Positions 17,185-27,359 of a stretch of 64,000 nt of DNA are shown piece after piece (position 1 is the first letter of the stretch; each line of letters starts with the position of its first letter). The DNA lies in IMG/VR virus record IMGVR_UViG_3300045988_080466. One strand, given 5' to 3'. The notes below the pieces were generated by a model. That model did no database searches, had not been told where the DNA came from, and saw only the letters and a program-made list of their open reading frames with translations. A program made the position numbers and the translations under genes. Source of the DNA: a virus.

Positions 17185-20100
17185 ATGGAAAACGTTAGAG
17201 TAGACTCTCTCTTGGGAAACAAAAAAGTAATAGTTGGAAATCCCTATTCTGACATTGTACTAGAAACTCTAGGTAAAGTATATATAAAGTCAGGAAGAAA
17301 TTGTAAACTATTGGATGATGTTATAAAAGAATTAGCCACAATTACTGAGAAACCTCAGGAAGAAGTGTATGCTAAGACTATCATAGTAAATAGCGTCGAT
17401 GAGCTAGAGTCTCTCGATTATCCGGGAGATGGCTATTTAATTTACAATTCTCTTAATAAGTCTTTATATATCTCATATGAAGATAAATACATAGCTTTAA
17501 TTGAATCTGTTGCAGATACGTCAGAGAACTATGTAAAGAAAACAGGAGATTCAATGTCTGGGCAGCTGGAAATAACAGTGGATGCTTTTCCACCTCTTAT
17601 TGTTCATTCTAAAAAGTTAGTTAGTAATTTTAATGCCAATTACCTTGAAGGTTATGCAGCAAAGGATTTAGCTAAGAAGAAAGTTGATGAAATTATTTCT
17701 GGAGACTGGACGTTTACTGGAAGCAATATATCTAAAGCAAATTGGAGATTTTACAGAGACATAATAGTCGACGGAAGTATAACTTCTCCATTTTTCTCAT
17801 CTGGATTCTCGGGCTCTGGTTGGAGAATTGACGCAACAACAAATACCCTTACCATCGACTACTTGGTAGTAAGAAAAGCCATGCAAGTATATGAAATGGT
17901 GGTAAATAAAATTACAGCAACTAACGGTTCTCTTTGGGTATCTAATGCAAGCAAAGTAGAAAACTTTGTCTTAGCTTATGAAACTACTACAACAGAGTTC
18001 CTAAACGAATTTAATGAAGCATATAAGAACGCTTCTGGCGGAACAGATTTTACAGAACTGGACGACCTTGCTCGGTCACTACTCACTTCATTACTGTCCC
18101 AACGGACTGATATTATCTTTACTGATAAAAATGTGAGGGCTTATATGGTAGGAGACTCTTCGTGGCAATGTCCGGCTATTTTGACCCATATAACAGATGC
18201 CTATGCATTGGCAAATTCTACACTGTTTACAAACATAAATCAACTATGGGATAAGTCGTTCTTAGATAGCATCAACATAGAAGACCCTCAAACTCCAGAA
18301 ACACTGGCAGTCAATAATTCGGCTCAAGCAATTGACCTATTTAGTGAGTCTGGGCCCGAATCTTATATGGATATTGTATCAGATGATAACAAATCCATTA
18401 TTAAGAAACCGCTGTATTATAGTTATTTCTATGGTACAGAGAATATCTATGTAGTTGATTTTGACGATGATGAAATCCCAGTCTTTAAACCGGGAGACAT
18501 TGTTAGATGTCAAAAATGGGACAATCAAAATATTAAATATTATGATGCCATAGTACTTGCTCCAATAGGATTACATTCTTTCGCTATTCAATTAGCTAAA
18601 TCTGTGTTTGATAAATATACAGAAGTATCCTATGACGAGAAGGGAAACATATCTGAAATCGTAGAGAAATATAATGATAATCTTTATGATAGAACTGACT
18701 GGACTCCATCTGATGATGATTTAGATTATGAAGGAGAGCCAGTCCAAGAAGAAGAAATAAAAAAGAAGCTGGCAACAGTAGAAATAGGAGATAGTTTAGT
18801 ACAAGTTGGAAATATAAAACCTGACTCTGGAAGACAAAATGCTATTTATCTAACTTCTTCTGACGACCAAGCACCTTATATAAATATACTATCAGATTTA
18901 AATAGACCTGACTATTCTGTACTTTATAAGATTCCTAAATACGATGAAGAGGGAAATCCTATTACTAAAAAGGATGAAGAAGGAAACTTTGTAGAATACG
19001 AATTTGAATATACAAAAACAACTAAAGTAAGAATAGGAAATCTTGGAGGAATTATTGATTATACATTCCCTGCTGATAAACAGCCAAGAGGATATGGCCT
19101 TTATGGACAGAATGTGTATCTTACTGGTAACTTTTATTTGAATAATGGAAAATCAGTAGTAGATGTCTCACAAGATGGAGTATTTCTTAAATACAAAGAA
19201 GCTGGATTATCTATTGCTGATGACCCTAAAACAGGTGACCCTATAATCTCTTTGGAAGCTAACAAGGTATGGATTGGAGATTCCAAAGGACAAATCGGAA
19301 CTTTGTTTAAAGTAGAAGATGGTAAAGCATATATAAACACTGACTTTATTAAAGCCCAAAAGATTGAGGTGCAGGAAATATGGAATTATTCTTTTGATGA
19401 AACTACATCTCAGCAAGTTGAATTACCACTATTTGAGGGGACTTATACTCCAGTTATGTATGAAAGTAGTATAGGAACTATGACTCCGGACCCTCCTTAT
19501 GGAATGGCAGATTCATCAGCATGGACGGGAACAATATCTAAACATGACGGAAGTGGAGTATTTAAAGATTCATCATTATATCCAGGTTCAGCCTGCTTTA
19601 TGGAGTCAGTGAACGGAGAACAAGTTCACATAATGACCCCAATATTATCTTTAAAAAATGGAACTTTAGACGGAAAATTATCTTACTGTAACATTGGAGT
19701 AAATATGGGAGATTTCATTGGAGAAGGCATGGGTGAAATAAAGGTTACAGCTCATAGTGTAGATACAGGCGAATCTTGGGATGTTCCATTCAAAATGGCT
19801 AGTAGAGGAACCTTAGACTATGAATTAAGTGCGATAGAAACTACTGCTGCTACTAATAATTTAATATTTGCTATATCATTGATTCCAGCTTCAAAGGAAA
19901 CTGCACGAAGAATAATAGTAAACATATCAGTTAGTTATTACTACCACGAAGGAGCATTGAACTGGGCTTTATGGAAAAATGGGTCTGGTAGTTTAGCGAG
20001 AGAAAAAATCAACTGGAATAAAGATGGAGAACTTACTGTAAATGGTGACTTTAGGTCTTCCAATGGCCAAACTACCATTTTAATGGGAAATAATTCTAAA

Positions 20101-20592
20101 TCAGCATATTTGAGTATGTTTTCTAATGCTACTGAAGAGCATCCATTATTATATATAAGATATAGAAATGTGGGTTCTGGAAATTCTGTAACTGTGGAAG
20201 TCGATAGTGAGTATACTCATGATGATATATATTATTCAAGAGCAAGATTAACTTGTGAAGGTTTAACTTTTGGATATACACAAAAAGGATATTTAGATTC
20301 TATTATTACATCAGGAATGGGATATACGTATATATCTATGGATAAATATAATGGGTTCCAGATGTCTAATTCAAATTTTAGCTTTGCTGCAGCTCCTGTA
20401 GTTCAGGGTGTCAGTATTGTTATGGGAGGAAAGGCATTTACTATTAGACCTGATGGAGGAGGGATTTGCTTCAACTATGGTGCTTATCCTGGCACCGGCG
20501 GTCATGCTTGGCCTACTAGTATAGACCAAGTTAGTGTTGGGGGAGTATATATTCATACTTCCGATGGAAGTTTACACGTAAAACAATCATGA
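17185..20592 (+). CDS. tail fibre / tail spike protein (1135 aa)
   Basis: It contains YVKKTGDSMSGQLEI ... NANYLEGYAAKDLAKKKVDEIISGDWTFTG, the K-x-GD-x-M-[ST]-G-x-L and L-x-G motif pair widespread near the N-terminus of phage tail fibre proteins. Large size and position in the fibre block agree. Confidence 0.7.
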   Translation: MENVRVDSLLGNKKVIVGNPYSDIVLETLGKVYIKSGRNCKLLDDVIKELATITEKPQEEVYAKTIIVNSVDELESLDYPGDGYLIYNSLNKSLYISYEDKYIALIESVADTSENYVKKTGDSMSGQLEITVDAFPPLIVHSKKLVSNFNANYLEGYAAKDLAKKKVDEIISGDWTFTGSNISKANWRFYRDIIVDGSITSPFFSSGFSGSGWRIDATTNTLTIDYLVVRKAMQVYEMVVNKITATNGSLWVSNASKVENFVLAYETTTTEFLNEFNEAYKNASGGTDFTELDDLARSLLTSLLSQRTDIIFTDKNVRAYMVGDSSWQCPAILTHITDAYALANSTLFTNINQLWDKSFLDSINIEDPQTPETLAVNNSAQAIDLFSESGPESYMDIVSDDNKSIIKKPLYYSYFYGTENIYVVDFDDDEIPVFKPGDIVRCQKWDNQNIKYYDAIVLAPIGLHSFAIQLAKSVFDKYTEVSYDEKGNISEIVEKYNDNLYDRTDWTPSDDDLDYEGEPVQEEEIKKKLATVEIGDSLVQVGNIKPDSGRQNAIYLTSSDDQAPYINILSDLNRPDYSVLYKIPKYDEEGNPITKKDEEGNFVEYEFEYTKTTKVRIGNLGGIIDYTFPADKQPRGYGLYGQNVYLTGNFYLNNGKSVVDVSQDGVFLKYKEAGLSIADDPKTGDPIISLEANKVWIGDSKGQIGTLFKVEDGKAYINTDFIKAQKIEVQEIWNYSFDETTSQQVELPLFEGTYTPVMYESSIGTMTPDPPYGMADSSAWTGTISKHDGSGVFKDSSLYPGSACFMESVNGEQVHIMTPILSLKNGTLDGKLSYCNIGVNMGDFIGEGMGEIKVTAHSVDTGESWDVPFKMASRGTLDYELSAIETTAATNNLIFAISLIPASKETARRIIVNISVSYYYHEGALNWALWKNGSGSLAREKINWNKDGELTVNGDFRSSNGQTTILMGNNSKSAYLSMFSNATEEHPLLYIRYRNVGSGNSVTVEVDSEYTHDDIYYSRARLTCEGLTFGYTQKGYLDSIITSGMGYTYISMDKYNGFQMSNSNFSFAAAPVVQGVSIVMGGKAFTIRPDGGGICFNYGAYPGTGGHAWPTSIDQVSVGGVYIHTSDGSLHVKQS

Positions 20593-20897
20593 AATTAAAT
20601 GTAAAAGAACGAGTGGCAATATTACAAATGCTTCCAGAAACTGGAAGTCTTGTAGAAATGGTAGATATAATGGAAATTGTGAAAAAGGTAAGATTAGAAG
20701 AGGAAGAAAAGAACAACATAGAGTTTAAAGAAACTAAGAATTCTTTATCTTGGAACGCAGTTAAAGATTTAGGAAAGGATATTGAATTTAAACATGAAGA
20801 AATATCTATTTTAAAAGCTGCTGTGAGAAGACTTGACGAAGAGAAAAGAATCAATGTATCCAATCTCGATATCTGCTTAAAAATAAATAGTTTATGA
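20589..20897 (+). CDS. hypothetical protein (102 aa), translationally coupled between fibre and lysin
   Basis: ATGA overlaps at both ends (20589-20592 and 20894-20897). It is acidic and helical with no hydrophobic segment, so it is not a holin. Confidence 0.55.
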   Translation: MKLNVKERVAILQMLPETGSLVEMVDIMEIVKKVRLEEEEKNNIEFKETKNSLSWNAVKDLGKDIEFKHEEISILKAAVRRLDEEKRINVSNLDICLKINSL

Positions 20898-21484
20898 AAA
20901 TTTTACTAGACAACGGTCACGGAGAGAATACTCCCGGAAAGAGAAGTCCAGATGGCAAACTTAGAGAGTATCTTTATGCAAGAGAGATAGCTTCTATGGT
21001 TTACGATGAACTTTATAATAGAGATTATGATGTCGAACTTCTTGTTCCAGAGACAACTGATATTTCCCTTTCAGAAAGATGTAAACGAGCTAATAAGTTT
21101 GCTAAAGAATTAGGAAATAAAAATGTCTTGTTAGTGTCTATTCATTGTAATGCTGCTGGTAATGGCAGTGCATGGATGGGTGCTAAAGGATGGAGTATCT
21201 TTGTTTCAAATAATGCTTCTACTAATAGTAAATTACTAGCTGACTGTTTGTATGATGCAGCTGAACAGCAAAAACTTAGATTAAGAACCGAAAGACCTGG
21301 ACAGAAATACTGGCAACAGAGCCTTGCTATATGCAGAGATACTAACTGCCCAGCGGTTTTAACAGAAAACTTGTTTCAAGATAATAAAGAAGATGTGGAA
21401 TTTCTTCTTAGTAAGGAGGGAAAGGAAGCTATCGCTAAACTTCACGTAGACGGAATCATCAGATACATTTCCAAAATTTCATAG
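20894..21484 (+). CDS. N-acetylmuramoyl-L-alanine amidase (Amidase_3-type lysin)
   Basis: Motifs LLDNGHGENTPGKRSP, LVSIHCNAAGNG and VLTENLFQDNKEDVEFL match the GHG / SIHxNA / E-N-x-F-x-x-N zinc-amidase pattern of PF01520-family cell-wall amidases. Confidence 0.85.
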   Translation: MKILLDNGHGENTPGKRSPDGKLREYLYAREIASMVYDELYNRDYDVELLVPETTDISLSERCKRANKFAKELGNKNVLLVSIHCNAAGNGSAWMGAKGWSIFVSNNASTNSKLLADCLYDAAEQQKLRLRTERPGQKYWQQSLAICRDTNCPAVLTENLFQDNKEDVEFLLSKEGKEAIAKLHVDGIIRYISKIS

Positions 21485-21531
21485 GTTAAAGTTATTAAAA
21501 AATGTAAAATTAGAAAATTTTAGTATTTCAC

Positions 21532-21562
21532 TTTATGTGGAATAAAAAAATGACTATATTTG
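21532..21562 (+). promoter_or_regulatory. candidate Bacteroidota-type promoter (-33 TTTA, 19-nt spacer, -7 TAtaTTTG)
   Basis: TATATTTG at 21555-21562 matches TAnnTTTG and lies 24 nt upstream of ATG 21587. The -33 element is imperfect (TTTA 21532-21535). Confidence 0.35.
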
Positions 21563-21586
21563 CAAATAACTTTAAAAGAATGATAT

Positions 21587-22723
21587 ATGGAAAAGGGAAT
21601 TGAGGATTTAGACTTTAACGAAGAAGATTACGGTATAGCACAGGAACCGTCGAACCCTAATGGTTACGTACCAGATTATGAATCATTAGAGCCAGAGAAA
21701 CCTTGGATGGGGGATGAAAATCAACCACAGCCAGCAGATGGTACAAAACCAGAACCTGCTGCTGCACAAGAACCAGTACAAGAAGATGATATTATCATTT
21801 CTATGCTTAAACAAATAGGCATTTCAGACCCTTCAAAAATTAAATTTGAAAATGATGAGGGTGAAATTGAGGAAGTTTCTTGGGATTCATTATCCGCAGA
21901 GGAAAAAATGAATATCTTAACACCAGAATCTCCTGACCCGAACTTTGGTCTGGAAGACCCCGAAATTAACTTTATTAACTTGTTACGTGACGCGGGAATT
22001 ACTCCAGAGGAGTACATTAACTATCAGAGAGAACAGGCTATTGAAGAATACAGACAAGCATTAGAAGGTAATCCACAATACGAAGTTGAGAGGTTAACAG
22101 ACGAAGACTTATATGCTTTAGACTTACAATCAAGAGTTCCAGATATGACAGACGAAGAAGTTGCCATAGCTCTAGAACACGAGAAAGCTAATCCTGAACT
22201 TTTTGAAAAGAAAATGCAAGGAATTAGAGCTGAGTATAAAGCACTAGAAGACGAAAGAAGACAAAATGAGGAACTTCTCGAACAACAACAGAAGCAAGAA
22301 CAATTTGAAGCCTTCCAATCTGATGTACTTGATGCAATTGAGTCTTTAGATGAAGTTGGAGGTGTAAAATTAAATTTGGACGAAGATGACATGGAAGAAG
22401 TTGCAAACTTCATATTATCGCTAGATTCGGCAGGAGTTAGTTATTTAGGAAAAGCATTAGACGACCCACAAACTTTAGCAAGAATGGCTTGGTTTGCATT
22501 GAAGGGAGACGAAGCTTTTGCAACTATCACTGATTATTACGATAAGGAGATAGCAAAAGAAAAACGTTCAGCCTACGAAGCTGGATATGAAGATGCAAAG
22601 AAAGGAATACAACCAAAGAGTACTAGAAAACCTACTGTTGTAGTTGCTCCTAAACCTGCATCTGAACCCAAACCCGGGGGCACTAATCCCCATGAAAAAA
22701 CAATTGATGATATAGATTTTTAA
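21587..22723 (+). CDS. acidic coiled-coil protein (378 aa), putative scaffolding protein
   Basis: Very D/E-rich and helical (EERRQNEELLEQQQKQEQFEAFQ). It sits directly upstream of the putative major capsid gene. The function is assigned from position and composition only. Confidence 0.4.
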   Translation: MEKGIEDLDFNEEDYGIAQEPSNPNGYVPDYESLEPEKPWMGDENQPQPADGTKPEPAAAQEPVQEDDIIISMLKQIGISDPSKIKFENDEGEIEEVSWDSLSAEEKMNILTPESPDPNFGLEDPEINFINLLRDAGITPEEYINYQREQAIEEYRQALEGNPQYEVERLTDEDLYALDLQSRVPDMTDEEVAIALEHEKANPELFEKKMQGIRAEYKALEDERRQNEELLEQQQKQEQFEAFQSDVLDAIESLDEVGGVKLNLDEDDMEEVANFILSLDSAGVSYLGKALDDPQTLARMAWFALKGDEAFATITDYYDKEIAKEKRSAYEAGYEDAKKGIQPKSTRKPTVVVAPKPASEPKPGGTNPHEKTIDDIDF

Positions 22724-22733
22724 TTAAAAAAGT

Positions 22734-24155
22734 ATGATAGTAGCGAATTTTGTATCAAACAGACCGACAATGTCGGAAACTAGAACTTATGAGGATTTCT
22801 ATAAGTTCTTAGGAACTAGACCAACTAAATTAGGTGTTGTTTCAAGACTTTACCCAGAACTTACAGCTTCTTACCTAACAGAATCTCTAAGAAACATTTT
22901 CTACCAAGATGTAAAATCTGGTAATAAATATCAAAGCATTGACTCAATGTACTTTGAATGGGAAGTTGAAACCAACTACATTAAGAGAGTTGAGTTTGCA
23001 GATGTACCAACAGAAGATGGTTCAAACGGTTCAGAAATTGTAATGGCTTTCAAAGAAAGATATTACGAAAAGTATGACATCTTCAAGATTGATAAAACAA
23101 TGCAGCAATGTATTGTAGTGAGCAGACCAGTTAGAAAAGCTGATAACTATTGGGAAGTAGTTGTTAGACTTATTGATAGTGACTATTCTAGCGTTCTTGA
23201 CTTTAGTGGTTGCCAAGTAGGTGATACTACTAGATTCCAATCTAACGCAATGCCTGAAATGCACGAAGAAGGATATGTTAAATATCAATCTAACATTGAA
23301 AAACACAGAAACTTCATCACAACTCACAGATGTGACGACAGTTATTCTGCACTTTATGCAGCTCATGAAAACGTATTCATCAGTATTGCAGAAGGAAAAG
23401 ATACTGGTAGCTTGAAAGAAACATTATATAAGATGGACAAGAAAGAAAAAGTTCTTCTTGATAACTTCTTATATGTAAGAAACAACGGTCTATTATTCAA
23501 CAAATGTAATGTTGACGTAAATGGTAAACCGACTATTGTTGACCCAGATACTCAAAGACCAATCTACATTGGTGACGGTATCATCCCACAAGTAGAAAGA
23601 TTCGCATCTAAATATGCGTTCGCAAAACTTTCTATCGACGTATTCCAAACTGTAATTGCTACAATGAATGAAAAAGCAACTCAGCCAACTGGAAACAAAT
23701 ACGTATTTATTTGCAATGAAAGAATGTGGTTCTTAATCCAGAACGTTCTCGGAGATTTCTTAGCTAAATACAAAACTATTGGTACTTACCTATGGTCTAA
23801 AGCAGCTAACGATTACATCAAAGTTGGTGCTGCATTTGATAGCTATACATTCGGTGGAAACACTATCTCCTTCAAAGTTGATAGAACATTCTCTAGAGAA
23901 TATGGTATGGAAAAAGCATATTGTCTATGCTTAGACCTAACTGCTGATTCTACTGGAAATGAACCTCCAATCCAAATGTTCACACTAAAAGGTGGAGACT
24001 TCATCACTAATAAATATCCAGGTGTAGGTGGATTAGACGGATTAAGTTCAGGAATTGTATCAAGTCCTGTTGCTGCTTCTAAGCTAATTAACTGGGGATA
24101 TTCTGGTGTTGGCGTATTCAACCCATATAGAAGCTTCATTTTAAGAGAACTTTAA
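22734..24155 (+). CDS. putative major capsid protein (473 aa)
   Basis: Its size and its position after a scaffold-like gene fit a capsid gene. It is followed by the cleanest terminator in the window. The gene order matches crAss-like structural modules. No direct motif proof is available by eye. Confidence 0.55.
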   Translation: MIVANFVSNRPTMSETRTYEDFYKFLGTRPTKLGVVSRLYPELTASYLTESLRNIFYQDVKSGNKYQSIDSMYFEWEVETNYIKRVEFADVPTEDGSNGSEIVMAFKERYYEKYDIFKIDKTMQQCIVVSRPVRKADNYWEVVVRLIDSDYSSVLDFSGCQVGDTTRFQSNAMPEMHEEGYVKYQSNIEKHRNFITTHRCDDSYSALYAAHENVFISIAEGKDTGSLKETLYKMDKKEKVLLDNFLYVRNNGLLFNKCNVDVNGKPTIVDPDTQRPIYIGDGIIPQVERFASKYAFAKLSIDVFQTVIATMNEKATQPTGNKYVFICNERMWFLIQNVLGDFLAKYKTIGTYLWSKAANDYIKVGAAFDSYTFGGNTISFKVDRTFSREYGMEKAYCLCLDLTADSTGNEPPIQMFTLKGGDFITNKYPGVGGLDGLSSGIVSSPVAASKLINWGYSGVGVFNPYRSFILREL

Positions 24156-24172
24156 TAAATAGTCAAGATATA

Positions 24173-24208
24173 GTAAGGGAGTTGAAATAGCACTCCCTTA
24201 CATTTTTT
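24173..24208 (+). terminator. rho-independent terminator
   Basis: gtaagggagt (24173-24182) pairs perfectly with actcccttac (24192-24201). The loop is 9 nt and attttttat follows. Confidence 0.85.
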
Positions 24209-24234
24209 ATATATTATAAACCTTATGAATTAAT

Positions 24235-25167
24235 ATGAGTACTGATAATGCAAACAAACTAATGCAAAGTCCTGCTGAAAATTTTATCATTCTTAGAAGT
24301 GTATATGGTAAAGTAGGCATGAAATATTACATCCAACCTAGTAAAGACCCAAGAACTGGACAGTATCCACCTTGTGTAAAACCTGTAAATAGTGTTGGAG
24401 ACATGATTCTTTCAGACCCAGAAAGAAATAGCGGTAAAGTCTTTATTAAAGAAACTGAAACGTTCGTTATTGAAGATGGGACTACATTTGATTTAAATAA
24501 CCCTTATGACGCTGCTAAATGGGAAGCAATTAAAAATTGCATCTTTATTGCTCAATCAAGAGATAGCACTGACTCAAAAGGTGTAAACGTATTTGATGGT
24601 CCGGGTGTAAAGGGAACTCTACGTCCAAGACAAGGTATTGCTGAAATCTATATCGAAAGACCTGGATATGAAGCTGCTAAAAGAGTTTCTAAGAAAAAGA
24701 AAATTCACGATGCTGGAACTTATATTCTTGATGACCCAAGAGGTGATGAAGGAAGAGTTCAAATGGCTAGACTACTTGGAAAACACATGCGTAATGTATC
24801 AAGCGCTGATGTTACTGACTTCTTACTAAGCATTGCTGAAAAAGACCCTGACAGAATTATTAACCTATATACAGGAGATGATATTCATGTTAGACTTCTA
24901 TTTATGGACGCAAAAGACAAACACGTCATTATAGTTAAACAAAAACTATATATGTACGGAGATAGCGTTTGTTTGGGGGCAACTGATGATGCAGCTATTA
25001 CTTGGATGAAAGACCCACGTAATAGAAGAGTGCTCGAGTTAATTAAGAAGGACACATATCCTGACTTATACGAAGACTATAAAGGATACGAGGAAGAACC
25101 AGAAGGCAATCCAGCCGAAGAGTTCGCAGCTTTAGACGCTCCGAAGGCTCCTAGGTCTAAAAAATAA
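24235..25167 (+). CDS. structural-module protein (310 aa), function unknown
   Basis: ATG start on the coding strand, in the capsid-proximal position. The C-terminal tail is acidic then basic. Confidence 0.55.
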   Translation: MSTDNANKLMQSPAENFIILRSVYGKVGMKYYIQPSKDPRTGQYPPCVKPVNSVGDMILSDPERNSGKVFIKETETFVIEDGTTFDLNNPYDAAKWEAIKNCIFIAQSRDSTDSKGVNVFDGPGVKGTLRPRQGIAEIYIERPGYEAAKRVSKKKKIHDAGTYILDDPRGDEGRVQMARLLGKHMRNVSSADVTDFLLSIAEKDPDRIINLYTGDDIHVRLLFMDAKDKHVIIVKQKLYMYGDSVCLGATDDAAITWMKDPRNRRVLELIKKDTYPDLYEDYKGYEEEPEGNPAEEFAALDAPKAPRSKK

Positions 25168-25188
25168 AACTATAAAAATAATTCTACT

Positions 25189-26157
25189 ATGACAGCAAAA
25201 CAGGCATGGGAATACATGTTAATTGAAATTAATAAAGTTACTTCCCCTACTATGCTGATAGAGGATTTCAATCATCTGATTAATAGAGGCATATATCAAT
25301 TCCTCAATAAGAGGTACATTATGTACGATATGAATCAGCAAACTTCTGATGATTTAAGGGTATTGAAGGCTTCGGCAACATTGTCGCCGGAGCTCCCATA
25401 TTCTGATTTAGCTTTAAAGGGAGAGGACTTGGAAATGATTTCACAATTATGTGGAGCTTCTTATGAAGTAACACTTCCAAGTGACTATTTTCATATGCTA
25501 GGTTGTATTTGCCTTTATGAAATAGTTAATCCAAAGAAAGGCTGTGAAGGAAAATCCAAATATGTTAAATTTCCTGCAAGGAGATTGACCGCTGATATGG
25601 AACCCCAAATCATTAATAACTCTTACTTTAAGCCCTCTTATAAGACTCCATATTACTATATAAACAACATTAATACTTCAACAGAAGTTCCAACCTATCC
25701 TTATAAAGATAATCGTGGAACTGATATGAATGGAACTTATAAAGTAACCTCGCTCTTAGGAGATGCAGAAGGCGACAATAGCAATCTTCCAAGAACTATA
25801 ATAATAGGAGGTGAGTCTGTAAGTACAGTTGATAGAGAAATTGCTGTTAGATATGGAAATGCTTCTACAGTAAGAATGGAAATAAAATGCGGAGAGTCTA
25901 CCGCTTATAAACTTGTGAAAGTTAGAATAGACTACATTAAAGTTCCTCAAACGGTTATACTTACTAAAGAACAGCTAGACTTTACAGAGGACACATCTCA
26001 AATATTAGAATTTCCAGATTACATATGCTTAGAGATTCTCAAAGAGTTGGTATCTATTGTATTGGAGAACTCCGGTGACCCTAGAATACAAACATATAGT
26101 CCAGTTAATCCGCCACTAGCACCTCCAACTCAGCTGCTGGCACAAACTAAAAAATAA
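25189..26157 (+). CDS. structural-module protein (322 aa), function unknown
   Basis: ATG start on the coding strand, in the capsid-proximal position. Confidence 0.55.
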   Translation: MTAKQAWEYMLIEINKVTSPTMLIEDFNHLINRGIYQFLNKRYIMYDMNQQTSDDLRVLKASATLSPELPYSDLALKGEDLEMISQLCGASYEVTLPSDYFHMLGCICLYEIVNPKKGCEGKSKYVKFPARRLTADMEPQIINNSYFKPSYKTPYYYINNINTSTEVPTYPYKDNRGTDMNGTYKVTSLLGDAEGDNSNLPRTIIIGGESVSTVDREIAVRYGNASTVRMEIKCGESTAYKLVKVRIDYIKVPQTVILTKEQLDFTEDTSQILEFPDYICLEILKELVSIVLENSGDPRIQTYSPVNPPLAPPTQLLAQTKK

Positions 26158-26165
26158 ATTAAAGT

Positions 26166-27341
26166 ATGTTTCAATTTACGACAACAACCTTAATCAACGA
26201 CGCTCTAGATTATACAACAAAGTTACCAAGATGGGAAGTAAAAGGTGAAACTCTCCAAATTAAGAGAGTTGGAAGTTTCAAGAAGGCTAACGTTGTTGCA
26301 ATGTATAAGAGAGCGTATTCTGCTCCTGTTTTAGCAAAGGCTGTTTTAGATATGACTACTATTACTCAAGCATCTGGAGTATTCAGAATCGCTATGTATA
26401 TTAGACTATCTGGAAATCAGAACTCTTACTATTCAAATGACTTTGTATTCAAAGGTAAACCTCTATACATTGAGTTTGAAAAGAAAACTGGAGATTCAGC
26501 AGCTCAATTAGCAACTAAAGTTGCAAATCAAATTAAGAAATATCAACGTGCTTACGACTTCAAACATTTTAATGTTTCAGTAAGCGGTAATAACCTGATT
26601 ATCGAAGCTGTTGACGAGTATCAAAGATTCACTAAAATGGATATTGAATACTTCGACCCAGATTTAAGAGAAATTGCATGTACTTGTGCAGAAGGTGCAT
26701 TTGCTGTAATTGCATCTGCAAAAGAAGCTGGTGCAGAAGGATTTGATAGCAAAAACATCCTAACTCAGGGAAGAGAAGGATTTGGAACTTATCAAAACAT
26801 CATTAAAGACCTTAGAATCCCTACTCTAGATGTAAGAAGATATGAAGCTCCGTTACAAGACGAAGTTCCTATCATCAATGGTAAGTATAGTCAATATACT
26901 ATCTATTACAAAGTAGATAGAGGACTCATGGGTGGAGCTGCTGTTGGACAGCAAGTAACATCTCAAACTACTCACGTATTCTACGTACATGATTCTGTAG
27001 CTGCTGAATTTGAAGCTGCATTAGCAACTTTAGGAACAGTAACAGAAGAAAAGAAACGTATCGTAATTACAGGTGGGATTATAGATATTACTGATATGGT
27101 AAAAGCAGGAACTAAGAAAGAACTTACTCCAACTATTGATGGTGGAAGTACAGTAGCTTACGTTTCAGCTACAACAACAGCAGATTGGCTAACAGTTACT
27201 CCTGGAACTACTAAAGTAGGTTTCACAGGAACAACTAATGATTCTGATGCTGCAAGAAGTGCAAAAGCAACTGTAACAGTATCAGCTAAAAACGGAGTTA
27301 GTGCTTCTAAAGAAATCACTATCACTCAGTTAAATGCCTAA
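26166..27341 (+). CDS. structural protein (391 aa) with a C-terminal BACON/Ig-like domain; candidate capsid decoration or auxiliary protein
   Basis: The C-terminal ~60 aa (SATTTADWLTVTPGTTKVGFTGTTNDSDAARSAKATVTVSAKNGVSASKEITITQ) follow the BACON pattern: W-L-[ST]-V, then N-x-x-x-x-R-x-A-x-[IV]-T-V, ending [IV]-T-[IV]-x-Q. A terminator follows. Confidence 0.55.
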   Translation: MFQFTTTTLINDALDYTTKLPRWEVKGETLQIKRVGSFKKANVVAMYKRAYSAPVLAKAVLDMTTITQASGVFRIAMYIRLSGNQNSYYSNDFVFKGKPLYIEFEKKTGDSAAQLATKVANQIKKYQRAYDFKHFNVSVSGNNLIIEAVDEYQRFTKMDIEYFDPDLREIACTCAEGAFAVIASAKEAGAEGFDSKNILTQGREGFGTYQNIIKDLRIPTLDVRRYEAPLQDEVPIINGKYSQYTIYYKVDRGLMGGAAVGQQVTSQTTHVFYVHDSVAAEFEAALATLGTVTEEKKRIVITGGIIDITDMVKAGTKKELTPTIDGGSTVAYVSATTTADWLTVTPGTTKVGFTGTTNDSDAARSAKATVTVSAKNGVSASKEITITQLNA

Positions 27342-27359
27342 TAACTAATCTTTATATTT

